Origin: Eledone cirrhosa
Lineage: Eukaryota
DNA: 64,000 nt
Reading direction: 5' to 3'
Assembly: GCA_964016885.1 (NCBI GenBank)
Contig: OZ024748.1
Location: 30,194,001-30,258,000, forward strand
Both the position numbers and the translations under genes were made by a program. Under the pieces are notes generated by a model, which saw only the letters and a list, made by a program, of their open reading frames with translations, was not told the origin of the DNA and searched no databases. Numbering within the stretch: the stretch's first letter is position 1; every line of letters starts with the position of its first letter. Shown one piece after another: positions 37,724 through 50,500 of the stretch.

Positions 37724-40700
37724 GTAAGTGCGGTTTTGTTTTGTATTTCTTTCTCTACTTTACAGTCCTCCTGGCTCTGGAAAAAAATGAAATAAGGATT
37801 TCAACACAGAAACATAAATCTTTAGACTTGTATGTTAAAGTTGTTTTTTTTCAAGTTGTAAGATGCACGACTTTTTCAGTAACATTTGGGCAAACGTTAG
37901 AATCTCCTGTAAATCCTACGGCTTCAGCTTTAGCAATATGAAATACACGAGGTTAACTGCTGTTCCTTCTATACTGTTCGAAATGATTTCATAACACGAC
38001 ACTATTATAAACCACGGTGGATTGGCAGTATCGGTAGAGAGTCGGACGCCATGCTTTCCAGAATAGTTACATCTCTTTACGATCTGAGTTCAAATCCCGC
38101 CGAGGTTGACTTTGCCTTTCATCCTTACGGGGTCGATAAATTAAAGTACCAGTAATGCACTGGGTAATTGCTGGCCTTGTGCCTAAAGTAGAAACAATTA
38201 TAAACCACAGTCCCGTTTCCTGGCACCGGGACTCCCTGTCTAAAACCATCAGAAGATCACAGATGGGGAGGGTGAAGGTCAGACAAATAGGGTCCTGGTC
38301 CCACGGCATCAAAGACTACGTATCAGAAGACCGCGTCCCTTCTGCATATGACGGACGATAGAGACCAGTGGCAGCTGCTGGCTGCAAAAACGTCTGTGGT
38401 GTTACTCCAACGACTTGCTTCACCAGTTGCAGTGACCTAAGTCACATTCCTCTATGCTAACTCAGATTTTCCACAATTGTCATTTAGTAATTTTCACCTG
38501 AACACCATATTAACACCAACAATCATTTCAAACCTCAATAATTATATAGTCCTAGATGGGATTGACTTTAAAGCAGCGGTTTTTGTGAACTGTTAATTCG
38601 TGGTCACCTTTATAGTTGAACATATTGGTATTTTAATTGATATATATATATATACACACACACACAATAGTTGGGTATATTGGTATTTCATTTTATATAT
38701 ACAATGTACAATATAGTTGAGTATAATGGTATTTTATTTGATACTAGCAGCCTCCCGGCCTTCACCTCGGTCTGTACTGTGCTCAAATCTATATTCATAA
38801 GGCACCTATTTAAATATTGCATAACATAATTAACAATTTTTTTTTTTTAGAATATTTAAATACAGAAAGTAAGAGATAACGATGAAAAAATGTATTCTAC
38901 GAAAATTATAAAACATTTACAGAACTTCAGTATACACAATGTTTTTAACTTTTTTCTTTGGAGCATATATGAAGAGTTACTTAGAACTTCTTACTCTGGA
39001 ACAACCTGCATTTAATTGACCTTGTGAGAAACAGCCCTCTTTTAGATGGAGATCAACCACCTGCAAGGATTGACCTTGGGACTTGTTAATGGTCATTCGT
39101 AACTGACTCTCAATGGGAATTTCAATCATTTGAAATGAAAGGGGACATCTGTTGGTATTTGTAGTATATTAGGTATAAATACGATGCCTCCCTTATCACA
39201 TCCAGTGAGGATTTTGGCATCGGTAATGTGCAGCTGTGCCCTTCTTCAATTCAAGGTCGTGTGGCATCATACAGGATGGTTGCAGACTGTTGAAAAATTT
39301 AATGGGATAATGATCAGCTTTGTCCACATATGTAACTTACTAAAGCCTAACGTACGTAATGAACGCGCAAACACACACACTCACAGACACATACACACTC
39401 ATATACAAAATGTGATATTGCCAGTTGTCGTCATGTTATAAAATGTCCATTTATTATAGTTGACTATAGTAGATTATTTTAGATAAAATGTTATATTGTT
39501 TTAATCCAAATGAAAATAAAAATTACATGTTGTTAATCCCAGGGTCTGATACTATTACCTTGTAAAATTTGATTTGAACTTTGTTATGTTCCAAACACCG
39601 ACTTTATGATAAAGTTATATTACTCGATCCTTGCTAATTCTTAATTATTTTCAAAATCATAGACAGTAGTTTTGATTAAAAATTTGGTAAGAAAAGAGTT
39701 AATCCTTGCTTACATGCTTTTCCTTTCTTAAAAATAACTTAAATTGACAGAAACGTTTGGATTATTTCTACTTAATTTTATTATTGTTTAGTTCAGTTGT
39801 CATATAAAGGGCCAGAAGGACTCTTCAGTTTTGTCATAGACATAACAATCTCCTGGTGTCGGTAATTTACACGATAAACATACCCAGTGATTGGTGATAG
39901 AAAGAGCATCCAGCCATAGAAAATCCTGTCAAACAAAGTATCAGGAGGCCTCATACGTTGTTCTATAGACATGACAACTTCCTTAGAGGTGGTGATCTAT
40001 ATGATAAATGCACCCAATACACTCCTGGTGTTGGTAATCTACATAATAAATTCACCCAGTGGTTGGCCTACCTGGAGGTCAGGAGCTCTGCTTAAGTACT
40101 GACCAGTCTGTGATGAACTGCTCAACCCAGAAAAAAAGACCTTAAATAATGATGACAATATTCCACTGTTTCCAGGCAATCTTTCTAATTAAAATTTCTA
40201 TTTTATTCCACTGTTACCAGGCGATCCTTCTAGTGAACATTTACTCAGTCGATACAACATGTCTGCGAGATCGAGCTCGAATAGTCCGCGACATACTTCG
40301 CAAGGTAAGTTTTTATATTTTTTTCAGTTGAGACAAAATTATCCTTAGAAACCTAATAGTGTAGTAGGTGCAGTAAGTGACTACTACTGCACAATGGCTG
40401 AAAAAACAGAAGATGTGACTGGATTAGTGTTTTTTTACTGTATTTACTATTGTTGTTGCTAGTAACAGGGTTCTGTTCTATGCTTTACAGAGTGTACTAG
40501 ATGCATTTTATCATGGCTTCAGCACTAACTACCATGTTACATGTTATATATATTGATTTTTTTTTTTTTCCTACAGAAAATCTTCAAGTCTTTCAAAGAA
40601 TCCAAAGTTGAGATGCCAAATTCCTGCCCCTTCACAGAAGAGCGAGATATCTACATTATACAAGAACGGCAGAAATATATGAAGACTTTAACCAGATGGC

Positions 40701-43700
40701 ATTGCACTTTCTGTGGCAAAGAATTCTATGGTGAAAACTATCTCGATAAACACTTTGACAACAGACATCCACAATATGTCCGAACGGCAAGCTAGTCTCT
40801 TTTTATTTGTTTTTCCATTTCATAGCAGATGTGGAATTGCTTATGCTCCTTAGTATCTGTGTTTCATCATTTTGTGTCCAATTAGCACCCAGTCCACCTT
40901 GTTAGGTAGTAGTGCTGGTGCCATGATAAAATGTACTTAGTCCACCTTGTAAGGTGGTAATGCTGGTGCCATGTTAGAAAAACACCCTGTACATACAGTA
41001 AGGTTGTAGTGCTGGTGCCACAATAAAATGCACCCAGTACATACTGTTAAGTGGTAGTGCTGGTGCCATTATAAAATGCACCCAGTACACACTGTAAAGT
41101 AGTAGGGCTGGTGCCATGCTAAAATGCACCCTGTGCACACTGTAAAGTGGTTGCTGATAGGAAGAGTCTCCAACCATGGAAACCATGCCAGAATTGTCAT
41201 ATAAGCAAAACATGGTCAAATCTCAGAACATGACAGTCCATCTAACCCATACCAGCTTGAAAAATTGACATAAAGTGTTGATGATGATGATCAATATATA
41301 TTGAATAACATTGCCTATCTATGTCGCTGTTGTACAGGAGGCATAACTTCAGGTTCTCTGGACAGTGAAAAAATACAGAGAAAGAATAGTAGTGGTTGTT
41401 TTCTCCCTTACATTAGGGGATGCGGTTTCATGATGGCATGTTTGGATTTTGTTATTTTTTATTATAGGTTGTGGGCACATTGTAATATATCATTGTAAAA
41501 TCACTTCAATAATATATAGTGACTATTTTATTATAGCACAACTATATGCTCTACATGACAAATTGCACCCAGTATACACTGTAAAGTGGCTGGAGATAGG
41601 AAGGGAATCCAAACAAAGGATTGGGAGCATCCTTCAGTTATGTCAAAGACATGACAATCTCCCCTGTACACAATAGAAGTGTACAGGGGAGGTTGTCTAA
41701 GACTGTACGTAAGTGAGATGCAGACATGCCCAAAGCCTGTCTGGGAGATCAGTAACTACTGTTTCAATACTGACCTGCCCAACCCTTGCTAGCTGGGAAA
41801 GTGGACATTAAACGATGATGGTGATACTAACACCACTATATATGTATGTAGCTCAGTGCTTGCTCTCTACAAATACCTGTAATCAAACTTTACCTGTGGT
41901 TCATGATTTTACCCATCAATTTACCTACCAGTTTTGTTGATTTAACCCTTTAATTACTGTATTTCTCATGAATGACAGTGCCTCTGGTTTTCAAATTCTT
42001 TTGAAAATTATCAAGGATTTGAATGGATTTACTGTATGTACTTGAATATAAGTCAACCCCACTATTTTATGTCTAAGAAATTAGCAAAAATTCAAACCTT
42101 ATTTATATTTGTAGTTAGTGAAAATCATCAAAATATTGACCCCAAATATAAACCAACCCCCTTCTGCCATCAAGTAATTACATAACTAACTTTTTCATTA
42201 TCAAGCTGATGTTTGGAACATTATAAAGGTTCTTACATAAAATTATGATGGAAACTTCTGCCATCCTCTCCTATAACTGTAATTTCCCCAGCCTGACCAA
42301 GGACACTATGCGTGCTCTAGTGTCAAAAAATGGTAGTGCTGGTGCCTCAATAAAAAGCCTACTCTATCAGGTGGTGGAAGTGGTACCTTAATAAAATGCA
42401 TCCAGTACACGCAATAAAATGGTTAGTTCTAGGGACGGCATCTAGTCTTAGAAACTATGCCAGAATGGAACATTTGGGCAAGGCATGGCCATCTGAAATG
42501 ACACCCTATAAAATGTTGATGATGATGAGAACAAGCAGCCTTGTATTGTAGAACAAGGCCTGGTTTCATGTGTTTTGGTATCAAAAGAGTTAAGTGATAA
42601 AGGTGAGGATTTATATTTTTTCAGGAGAATGACACAGTGTGTTTGGCAGATTATTGCGATGTGTTTCGTTGTGAAATACTATCTGGTGCCTTGGAACCAA
42701 ACTACTGGGACATGGCATTGTGTCTTGAAGACGACATGTATGAACTCCAGCAGAAATGTATGGTAAGTAATATATTACTGGTATTAAACATTAACTCCAT
42801 GAGGTGCATAATGGTAGTGAGGTTCGCAATCATAAGGTCACAGATTCCACTATGTTTGGAAGCTCATCAGATGGACTCTATCTGTAATTCAAAAGTTTAT
42901 GGGTACACTTGTCTATGGAAATAAAGATGGAATGTACCTGTAATTTAAAGGTCTGACCTTTGAATTACACCAAAAACAGCCAGTAACGATTGTACCACTA
43001 GTTACCAATGACAACCATTGCCAGCCATGTTAGCTGCTAGGCAATACACTGCACATCTCCCATCAATCTATGAAGGGTTTGTAGAGGATTAGAGCAAAAC
43101 ACAATCAGTAAAACAACTTCTCTCTTCAATCTATTTGTCTATCTATCTAATTTGTTTGTTTTATCACAAATACATCATACCAGTAGAAATATTTATTTTC
43201 TTTTGCACGAGCCAACAATTTTATGTAGTCTCACAAGTTAAATTGTGCAAAACTATAGCCAGTATGAGGGCTGATGACATAATAAGATGTTTGAGAGATT
43301 TTGTCTCATTCATTTTCTTCCTTTTCTCCCTTCTTCTGTGGGCCAACACACTTCTAACCACTGATTTCTGTCCTTTGAGGTAAATTTTACCCAACACCGT
43401 CATTGACCTCATTTTGCTGTTTTAACAGCTATTCTTGTGTTGAGTTCTTCCCATTATTCTACAAATATATCTAGGGCGGGTAAAATTCCCGAGATCCATG
43501 GACGAGTTCTCTCCAGCGGTCTCTGTCCCTCATTATCGCTGCCATGTCCCGGTTCTCTAACAGACCGGTGTCTGTCCTTAGGGCATCAACATACGTTAAC
43601 TTTGGTCTTCCTCTTCCAGTGTGTCCATGTAGGGGCTCCCACAGGAGCACTGAGTGCAATGTCAACTCTACAAATATATATATATATATATTATATTTGG

Positions 43701-46407
43701 AAGGTTGGGCCTCTAACCAGGTTGTTTAAATACCTTTAAGGCGAGGAATGTTTTAGCACCCCCTTGAGTATATATATATATGTATATTTGACTGCTTGGG
43801 GCAGATGTGGACTCCATAAGCCGTAGTGAAGGCAACCCATCTGAGAAAGCAGTTCCTCAGATTAAAAACATCTGCACAGGGCAGATGTGCACCCTGTAAG
43901 CTGTAATGAAGGCAATCCATCTAGGAGGGCAGTGACTCCGATATAAAAATGACTGCATGGGGCAGGCATGGGCTCTGTAAGCGGTAGCGAAGGCCACCCA
44001 TCTAGGAGAGTAGACACTCCAAATAATAACTGCTACATCGTTGAGAGGACTCTTGAGTCCAGTAAAACAACCTCTAGTGCTGGTGGCATGGACACTCCAC
44101 CCAGTCTATGTTTTAAAGTGGTTGGTGATAGGAAGGGCATCCAACCAGTAAAACCCAGCCAAAATCATTGAAAACAACTAATATTATTTCCACTAGTTGC
44201 GAACACAGGGCTAACAAGTCGTGTTAGTGCTACGCATGGTAATGGAGTGGCTAGAACAGCCATGTGTGAGAACCCCTCGACCATCATCAAGCAATTGCAC
44301 AACCACTTTCCCTTTCATGCAGGAAAATATGGAGACAGAGGGTGTGGAAGCTAAAGGACCTCTTGGTTAAATATAGGTTTAGAAAGGCCTTACAGGATGC
44401 ACCTGATGAGAGGGATGACGAGCTAGATACATACAACGTAGAAGACAACTGGGAATTCTTACATGACAATCTTTTGCGAATTACTGGTGAGACTTGCGCT
44501 AGACAAACAGAGGGTGATCTCGTTGGGAAACAGCACAGTAGGTACAGATGGAAAGGCTGGAAAAGTAGGGATAGCAGAGACTGGTACCAAGTAGATAAGA
44601 AACTAGGTCACAGTTATGCACAGCTCAGAGAGAAGCTGAAGAAAGTAAATTTGCCAATGTGTTGAGGCGTGAGGATCAGAGACGTGAAGTGTTCCGTATT
44701 GCAAGGCAGTGTTTTAGTGTTAATTGAGATGTTGTTGGGGAAAATGTGTTAGAAATGATGCTGGTGCACTTAACACCACTCAAAAGAAAGTGGCCTGGAA
44801 ATGTTACTATAAGAGATTAATGAATGTAGAGAATGAATGGGAGGAAGAGAAATTACCCCCAACTTACCCAACAGAAGGACCAGCTATTGAAGCTGATAGT
44901 TTTAGGGTCAAAGACATGAAGAATGGTAAAGCTGTGGGACCATCAGAGATAGTTGCTGAGATGCTAAAAGCATCAGGGGAAGTAGGAGTTGAACTAGTAA
45001 CCTGCATTGTCAGTCAGGTAATACAGGACGGAGTCATACCTAATTACAGGTGCAGCAGTACAATCATAAATTGCTACAAGGGAAAAGGTGATGCACTAGA
45101 AAAAAAGTAACTATTGAGAAATAAAACTAATGGACCAAGTTATGAAAGTGACCAAAAGAGTTATAGCGCAGCTAATTAGGGAGAGAAAGAGTCAAAATAC
45201 ATGAGAGGCAGTTTAGTTTCTTGCCTGGGAAAAGTACTACAGATGCACTCTTCTTAGAGAAGTTCCTAGCCAAAAATAAATTACTATACTTAGCTTTTCT
45301 TGATTTAGAGAACAGAGTACCCTGATCTATTATGTAAAGTGTTTAGCGAGGAATTCAAGGTACAGGTAGGAGTTCATCAAGGTTCAGTTCTTAGCCCATT
45401 ACTGTTCATCATAATTCTTAAGATCATAACAGAGGAGTTTAAAACGGCTGCCCATGGGAGCTTTTCTATGAAGATGATTTGATCCTTATAGCTGAAACCA
45501 AAAAAGAGCTAGAAAATAAATTCTGGTTATGGAAACTGAATTTGAAATCAAAAGGCCCGAGAGAAAACTTAGCCAAAACTAAAGGAGAGAAGACAGGGCC
45601 CATATTCCCTCAGGGAAGTGGCCCTGCTCAATATGTAGAAAGGGAGTAAGCATAAATTTCATACAATGTACACAATGTAAATCTTGGGTACACATAAGAT
45701 GTAGTGGGATAACAAGTAGAGTAACAGGAAGGGAGAACTTTGCATGTAAAAGATGCACAGGAGCAATCAAGAGGAAGAGTGCCAATGATATAAACCTTTT
45801 CCAGTCACAGGAAGGATCCATAGATGTGGTTGATAGCTTCAACTATTTAAGTCACCTAATTAGTAGTGGAGACGGATGTGCTAAGAGTATAATAGTTAGG
45901 ACAGGATGGAAGAAGTTTAGAGAACTACTCCCACTGTTAACAACAAAAGCTTTCTCTCTACCTACAAAAGGATGATTTTATGATGCTGCATGGTAGTGAA
46001 ACATGGGCTGCGACTGCAGGGGACATGCATAGACTGGAGAGAAATGAAGCAGCCATGCTTCATTGGATATGCAATATAAATGTGAGAGAAAGGCAGAGCT
46101 TGGACTAGCTGAGGGAGAAGATGGGATTAAAGGGAATCTGAGATGGTGTTCAGGTGAGAAGACTGCGTTGGTATGGACATGTGATGTGCATGGACAATGA
46201 CCAATGGGTGAAGAAATGCCAGGAAATCCCAGTGGAAGGAAGCCACAATAGAGCATGACCAAGAAAGACCTGCGCAGAGGTTGTAAGAGTAGAACTCAAA
46301 CCGCTAAAACTAGCAGAGAAGATGACGAAGTGGAGAGATGAGGTACTGAGACAGATATATCCAACCCATGTAAGCATGGAAAAGCAGACGTAAAAACGAC
46401 AATGATG

Positions 46408-46447
<40 letters not shown>

Positions 46448-49400
46448 CCGTATGTATCTGATTTACCATATCCCTGCAACTAAAAGGGTTGGTATTAGGA
46501 AGGGCTTATGATTGATAAACATAGCCTCAAAAAGTCCTCTCCGACCAATGTAAGTGTGGAAAGGTCGACATAAAAATGTTGATGATGATGGTATTTGCAT
46601 CTATACCTACATTTGTGTTGATATATCCACATATTACCTGGTGTGTATATACCTACACTTGTGTTGGTATATATATATACATATTACCTATTGTGTATAT
46701 ACCTACTCTTGTAGATACAGTATTCTCGGCCAACTTTGGTCAACCTCATTTCTGTGTTTTTCTCTTTTATAATTAATGTAATGAAATTCTAAAAAGAACA
46801 AAGTGTCTATGTATTTATCTTTATCCAATAATTTTTGTTTCTACTGCTGCCAGGAAATCATTAAAGAATGCATTCCTTACACAGCATCTTCAAATTCTTC
46901 AAGATATATTCAAGGTAAATTTACCAGTTTATATTATTAATGTTATTAACATTATGGATTTAAGGGAGTGTGGATTGGCAGTATCAATAGTGTCCCTTTA
47001 CTTTCTCAGTTCAAATCCTGCCAAAGTTAACTTTGCCTTTCATCCTTATGGGGGTCAATGAAAAAAACGAGTAATACACTGGGATCATTTTAATCGACTT
47101 TCCCTTCTCCCAAAATTATTGGCTTTGAGCCTAAATCAAAAACCACTAACATTATGGACGTTTGAATTACTGGTACAATATTAATAAGGCAGTGGATTGG
47201 CAGAATCGGTAGAGCATCAGGTAAAATGCTTCACAGCATTCAATTATAGCTCTTTACAATCCTGCTGTGGTCAACCTTGCCTTTCCTCTTTATGGGGGTT
47301 GATAAAATAAAGTACCAGTTAAGTACTGAAGTCAATATAATCCACTTCACCCAAATTGCTGGCCTTGTGCAAATGTTAGAAAAAATTATTATGGTTATTA
47401 ATTTGCTCAGTTCTACTATCTTCTTCACTTCTGTAGCAATCAAACAGATAGATAGAGAAAAAGCTACACAAAAGAAATAGTGAAAACAAGGATATCATCA
47501 TCATCACTGTTTAATATCCATTTCTCCATGTTAACATGGGTTAGACAAGTTGTCCCGTTGTGAGAGAAATCAGATCAGATGACGAATATGTTTTTATTTA
47601 TTCTCAGATGTATTTTCCAATGAAGTTTGCTCGTTCTTAGATTGCCGTCGTTACTGGGAAGCACCATTCCCTCAAGTAAGTAACCTTTTTTCCTTCTTTT
47701 TTAATGTTTTTTAGAAGTTTACCATTTTTTATGCCTACAAATGAATTGGCAGTGTGATTATAATGTTGGCTTAAATGCATGAGAATAAGTGGCCATACAG
47801 ACAAAAAATAAAAAGACATGGGACATCAGATAGCCCAGTCAATTATAGTGTTAATGATAATCTTGTGTTCTCTGTTTCCCTTTCTCTATAGTTCCCAAAA
47901 ACTTTTTCATAGCAGCACTAAAACATTTAAGTATTTAAGGTAAATTCTATGTATCATTCATAAAATATAACTACAGTTTCTGAATTAGAAACCTTTGCTC
48001 TGAAAAGAATGAAGTGAGATGGGTAAACGCTTTCAACTATTCTTTTGTACATAGAAAAATATTGATCGATCTGTGAGCAGTTAGAACATATGTGAATTTT
48101 CTGTCAATTTCTTCAGAAAATTCACATATGTTCTAACTGCTCACAGAATATGAGAACAAACTTTTTTAAATATTTGATAAAATTGATATACCAATCAAAA
48201 CTAGTAATAGTTGACAAAATTTAAATCCACTTAATGAAACAATTATAAAATTATTCTTTCTGTCAGATTAAAGAAAAAAATTATCTTTAAATATACTTCT
48301 GTGCTTTTTCATTTTTACTTTTTACCTACAATCTTTGATTTGTATTGAACTTTACCTCCTGGTGGATAATTTGAGGGTTTATGGTCAGGGGTATACAGTA
48401 GAGAGTGGAGCAAAACCTATTACGTAATGGTGTTGTAGTCACTCCAGGTAATAATAGATATTGTTTGATGGCTGCAGCTTGAAAAAGTCCATCTTCCCCA
48501 TACTCATATCTAGAACAGGTTAGGGGTTGGGAAATATGGATGATGTCTGAGGTAGGGATTATAGAAGATGTCTTAGTTCTAATATAGGCATTTACTTCAG
48601 GATTGGCTTTGTTTTTATGAATTTTTTTTGTATGAGTTTGGAATCCAATGGTCTTATCCACTGGATGTTTTGTTTGTTGTTGGCTTTATTTTACGTTTAA
48701 GGCATTCAATGATTGCTTTGTGTTTGTTCTGGGTGTGTCTACATTAAAAAAAGATCAATAAATTAAGTATCAGACTTGAGAAAAGGTATTGGGGGTCAAT
48801 ATGATCGACTAAATAAAGGTAGTACCCCAGCATGGTTGCAGCCTACTGACTAAGGCTAGTAGAAGAAAAGAATATTTACTGTAAATTTGCCCTCAGTCTT
48901 CTAATATATGTTTTTCTGACAGAAATGTTTGTTGTCATATTGTCATATTTAAATGTTTTTTATACATAATGACTTGAATGGTTTGGGGTTTTCAGGGAGC
49001 CTCTATTGGAACAGCCGCATACATTATTATGTCTGTGATATTGGTATTCTTCCTGAGTCTCTACTACTGTATAGCTTACCATTATTTTTAGTAAGTATTA
49101 TCGAATGTTATACATCTCAGTCATCATCATTATTACACATTCATTTTTTCCAAGCTGGCATGAGGCTGCTAAGTTGTTACAGATCAAGTCAGTAACTTAA
49201 ATGGAGCTACTGTCTTCATAGATGGGTCAAAAGACCCTGTCCCGCTGAAATATATTCCATTTTATACACGTCCCCTTCTTTCAGGCCTAGCAAATATAAA
49301 ATAAATATAAATATTTGCATGGATTCTGTGGTAACAGGGAGCATCCAGTTTAGAATATACACCATATCTCTGCATGTCACAAGAAATGACTAAAAGAGTT

Positions 49401-50500
49401 ATCCCCAGTATCTAGTTTAGAATGTAAGTATAGTTCTGTAACTTCTAATGGAGCATTAGAGGCACCACATTGACATATGGCATTTCTAGAGCATTTTAAA
49501 ACCCTGTGGAGCCCATCTCCTCTCCAGGTCTGAATACAGGAGATTTCTTCCAGAGAAGGATAGAGAGTGAGAGGATGGAAGTGAGGAAGAATTGACCTCA
49601 GTGCTAGGTTGGTACTTTTTTTTATCTATCTCAAATGGATAAAAGGCAAAGTTGACCTTGGCAGGATTTGAACTCAGATAGCAGAGAGCCGAAATGAATA
49701 CTGCAAAGGATTCTATCTGGCATTCTAACGACTCGCTGCCAGTTTACAACACACAAAAATATGGTGTATCTATTCAGATACACCATATTTTTGTGTGTTG
49801 TAAGAGATGGCTAAAATTGTTGTTAAAAGGACCCCATGCAAGACTAACCTCTTATTTAGCAGGGGAAATGGCCTTAAAATGATCACCCTAATGCCAACCA
49901 CTTTGCAGAGTGCCCTGGGTGTATTTTGTATAGAGCTGTGACAAGCCCTTTAATAATTAGTTGGATAATGCAATTTTTCACAATGATCTGTCTAATAGTA
50001 AAGATACAAACATAAATATTTGATAAATAGATATAAACACTTGAATTAATAGACCTATTTTGTAACATTTTCTGCTAATTTATTATAGGATGTTAAGAGT
50101 TAATGAAGCTTCTATTTGTGTGTGGTCTCTCTCTTAACTCATAACATTGTGAACCACATGAAACTGCATTCTTGAAAAGTACAAGAACAACACTGTGCCT
50201 GTATCACATTAAAAATTCGTCTTTAGCAGATTTTTACAGCTATCTGTCCCTAGTAAAGATACTATAAATATTTGAATTAAACATTTTTAGATATTTTCTA
50301 CTAAATTATTGAAAGATGTTAAATATCTTGGTTCTTTCTTCTTATTATTTTTCTTCTTACGTTTCTTCAGCACCGACTCATTTATTGACTATCAACCAAT
50401 GGAGTTTTCTAAAGGTGAACACGTTTACACAAACCCCAAAGCACCAAATCTAAATATTCGCTATCGGCCAACAAGGACTATGAAACATCCCCTTGTATGA
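37697..50500 (+). CDS. Gene 2: 8-exon, 270-aa type-I membrane protein with signal peptide, Cys-rich ectodomain containing one C2H2 zinc finger, and C-terminal TM helix (uncharacterised family)
   Basis: Exons 37697-37723, 40221-40304, 40577-40786, 42625-42762, 46854-46914, 47608-47675, 48996-49090, 50371-50500 join in frame (intron phases 0,0,0,0,1,0,2). MNICLLLCQAILLVNIYSVDT...WHCTFCGKEFYGENYLDKHFDNRH...CLADYCDVFRC...AAYIIMSVILVFFLSLYYCIAY...KHPLV-stop. Confidence 0.88.
38014..38200 (+). mobile_element. SINE family 1 (young copy) in gene 2 intron 1
   Basis: Full consensus; attataaaccac repeated on both sides (TSD). Confidence 0.9.
40221..40304 (+). CDS. Gene 2 exon 2
   Basis: ccag|GCG...AAG|gtaagt; AILLVNIYSVDTTCLRDRARIVRDILRK. 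Confidence 0.85.
40577..40786 (+). CDS. Gene 2 exon 3 (C2H2 zinc finger)
   Basis: ctacag|AAA...ACG|gcaagc (GC donor); CTFC-x12-H-x4-H. Confidence 0.85.
40880..41292 (+). repeat. ~47-bp minisatellite plus RTE-type 3' end with (GAT)n tail
   Basis: agtgctggtgccat..aaaatgcacccagtacac.ctgtaa repeated about 5 times, then taacccatacc...gatgatgatga. Confidence 0.7.
42625..42762 (+). CDS. Gene 2 exon 4
   Basis: tttcag|GAG...ATG|gtaagt; ENDTVCLADYCDVFRCE...QQKCM. Confidence 0.88.
43475..43670 (-). mobile_element. RTE LINE 3' fragment
   Basis: LLWEPLHGHTGRGRPKLTYVDAL...MRDRDRWR. Confidence 0.7.
43798..46410 (+). mobile_element. Old, degenerate RTE LINE related to family B in gene 2 intron 4, preceded by three ~78-bp tandem repeats
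   Basis: ORF fragments 44342-44665 and 44724-45110 align with 2408-5500; PHD remnant at 45620-45760; tail gatggtgat near 46405. Confidence 0.85.
46854..46914 (+). CDS. Gene 2 exon 5
   Basis: gccag|GAA...AAG|gtaaat; EIIKECIPYTASSNSSRYIQ. Confidence 0.8.
46965..47392 (+). mobile_element. Two diverged SINE family 1 copies
   Basis: gtggattggcagtatc at ~46969 and gtggattggcagaatcggtagag at ~47192. Confidence 0.7.
47608..47675 (+). CDS. Gene 2 exon 6
   Basis: ctcag|AT...CAA|gtaagt; DVFSNEVCSFLDCRRYWEAPFPQ. Confidence 0.85.
48070..48147. repeat. Perfect 34-bp inverted repeat with 10-nt loop (intronic hairpin)
   Basis: tctgtgagcagttagaacatatgtgaattttctg / cagaaaattcacatatgttctaactgctcacaga. Confidence 0.9.
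48996..49090 (+). CDS. Gene 2 exon 7 (transmembrane helix)
   Basis: ttcag|GGA...TA|gtaagt; GASIGTAAYIIMSVILVFFLSLYYCIAYHYF. Confidence 0.85.
50371..50500 (+). CDS. Gene 2 exon 8 (cytoplasmic tail, stop)
   Basis: Long polypyrimidine acceptor tttcttcag; YTDSFIDYQPMEF...KHPLV-TGA. Confidence 0.82.
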
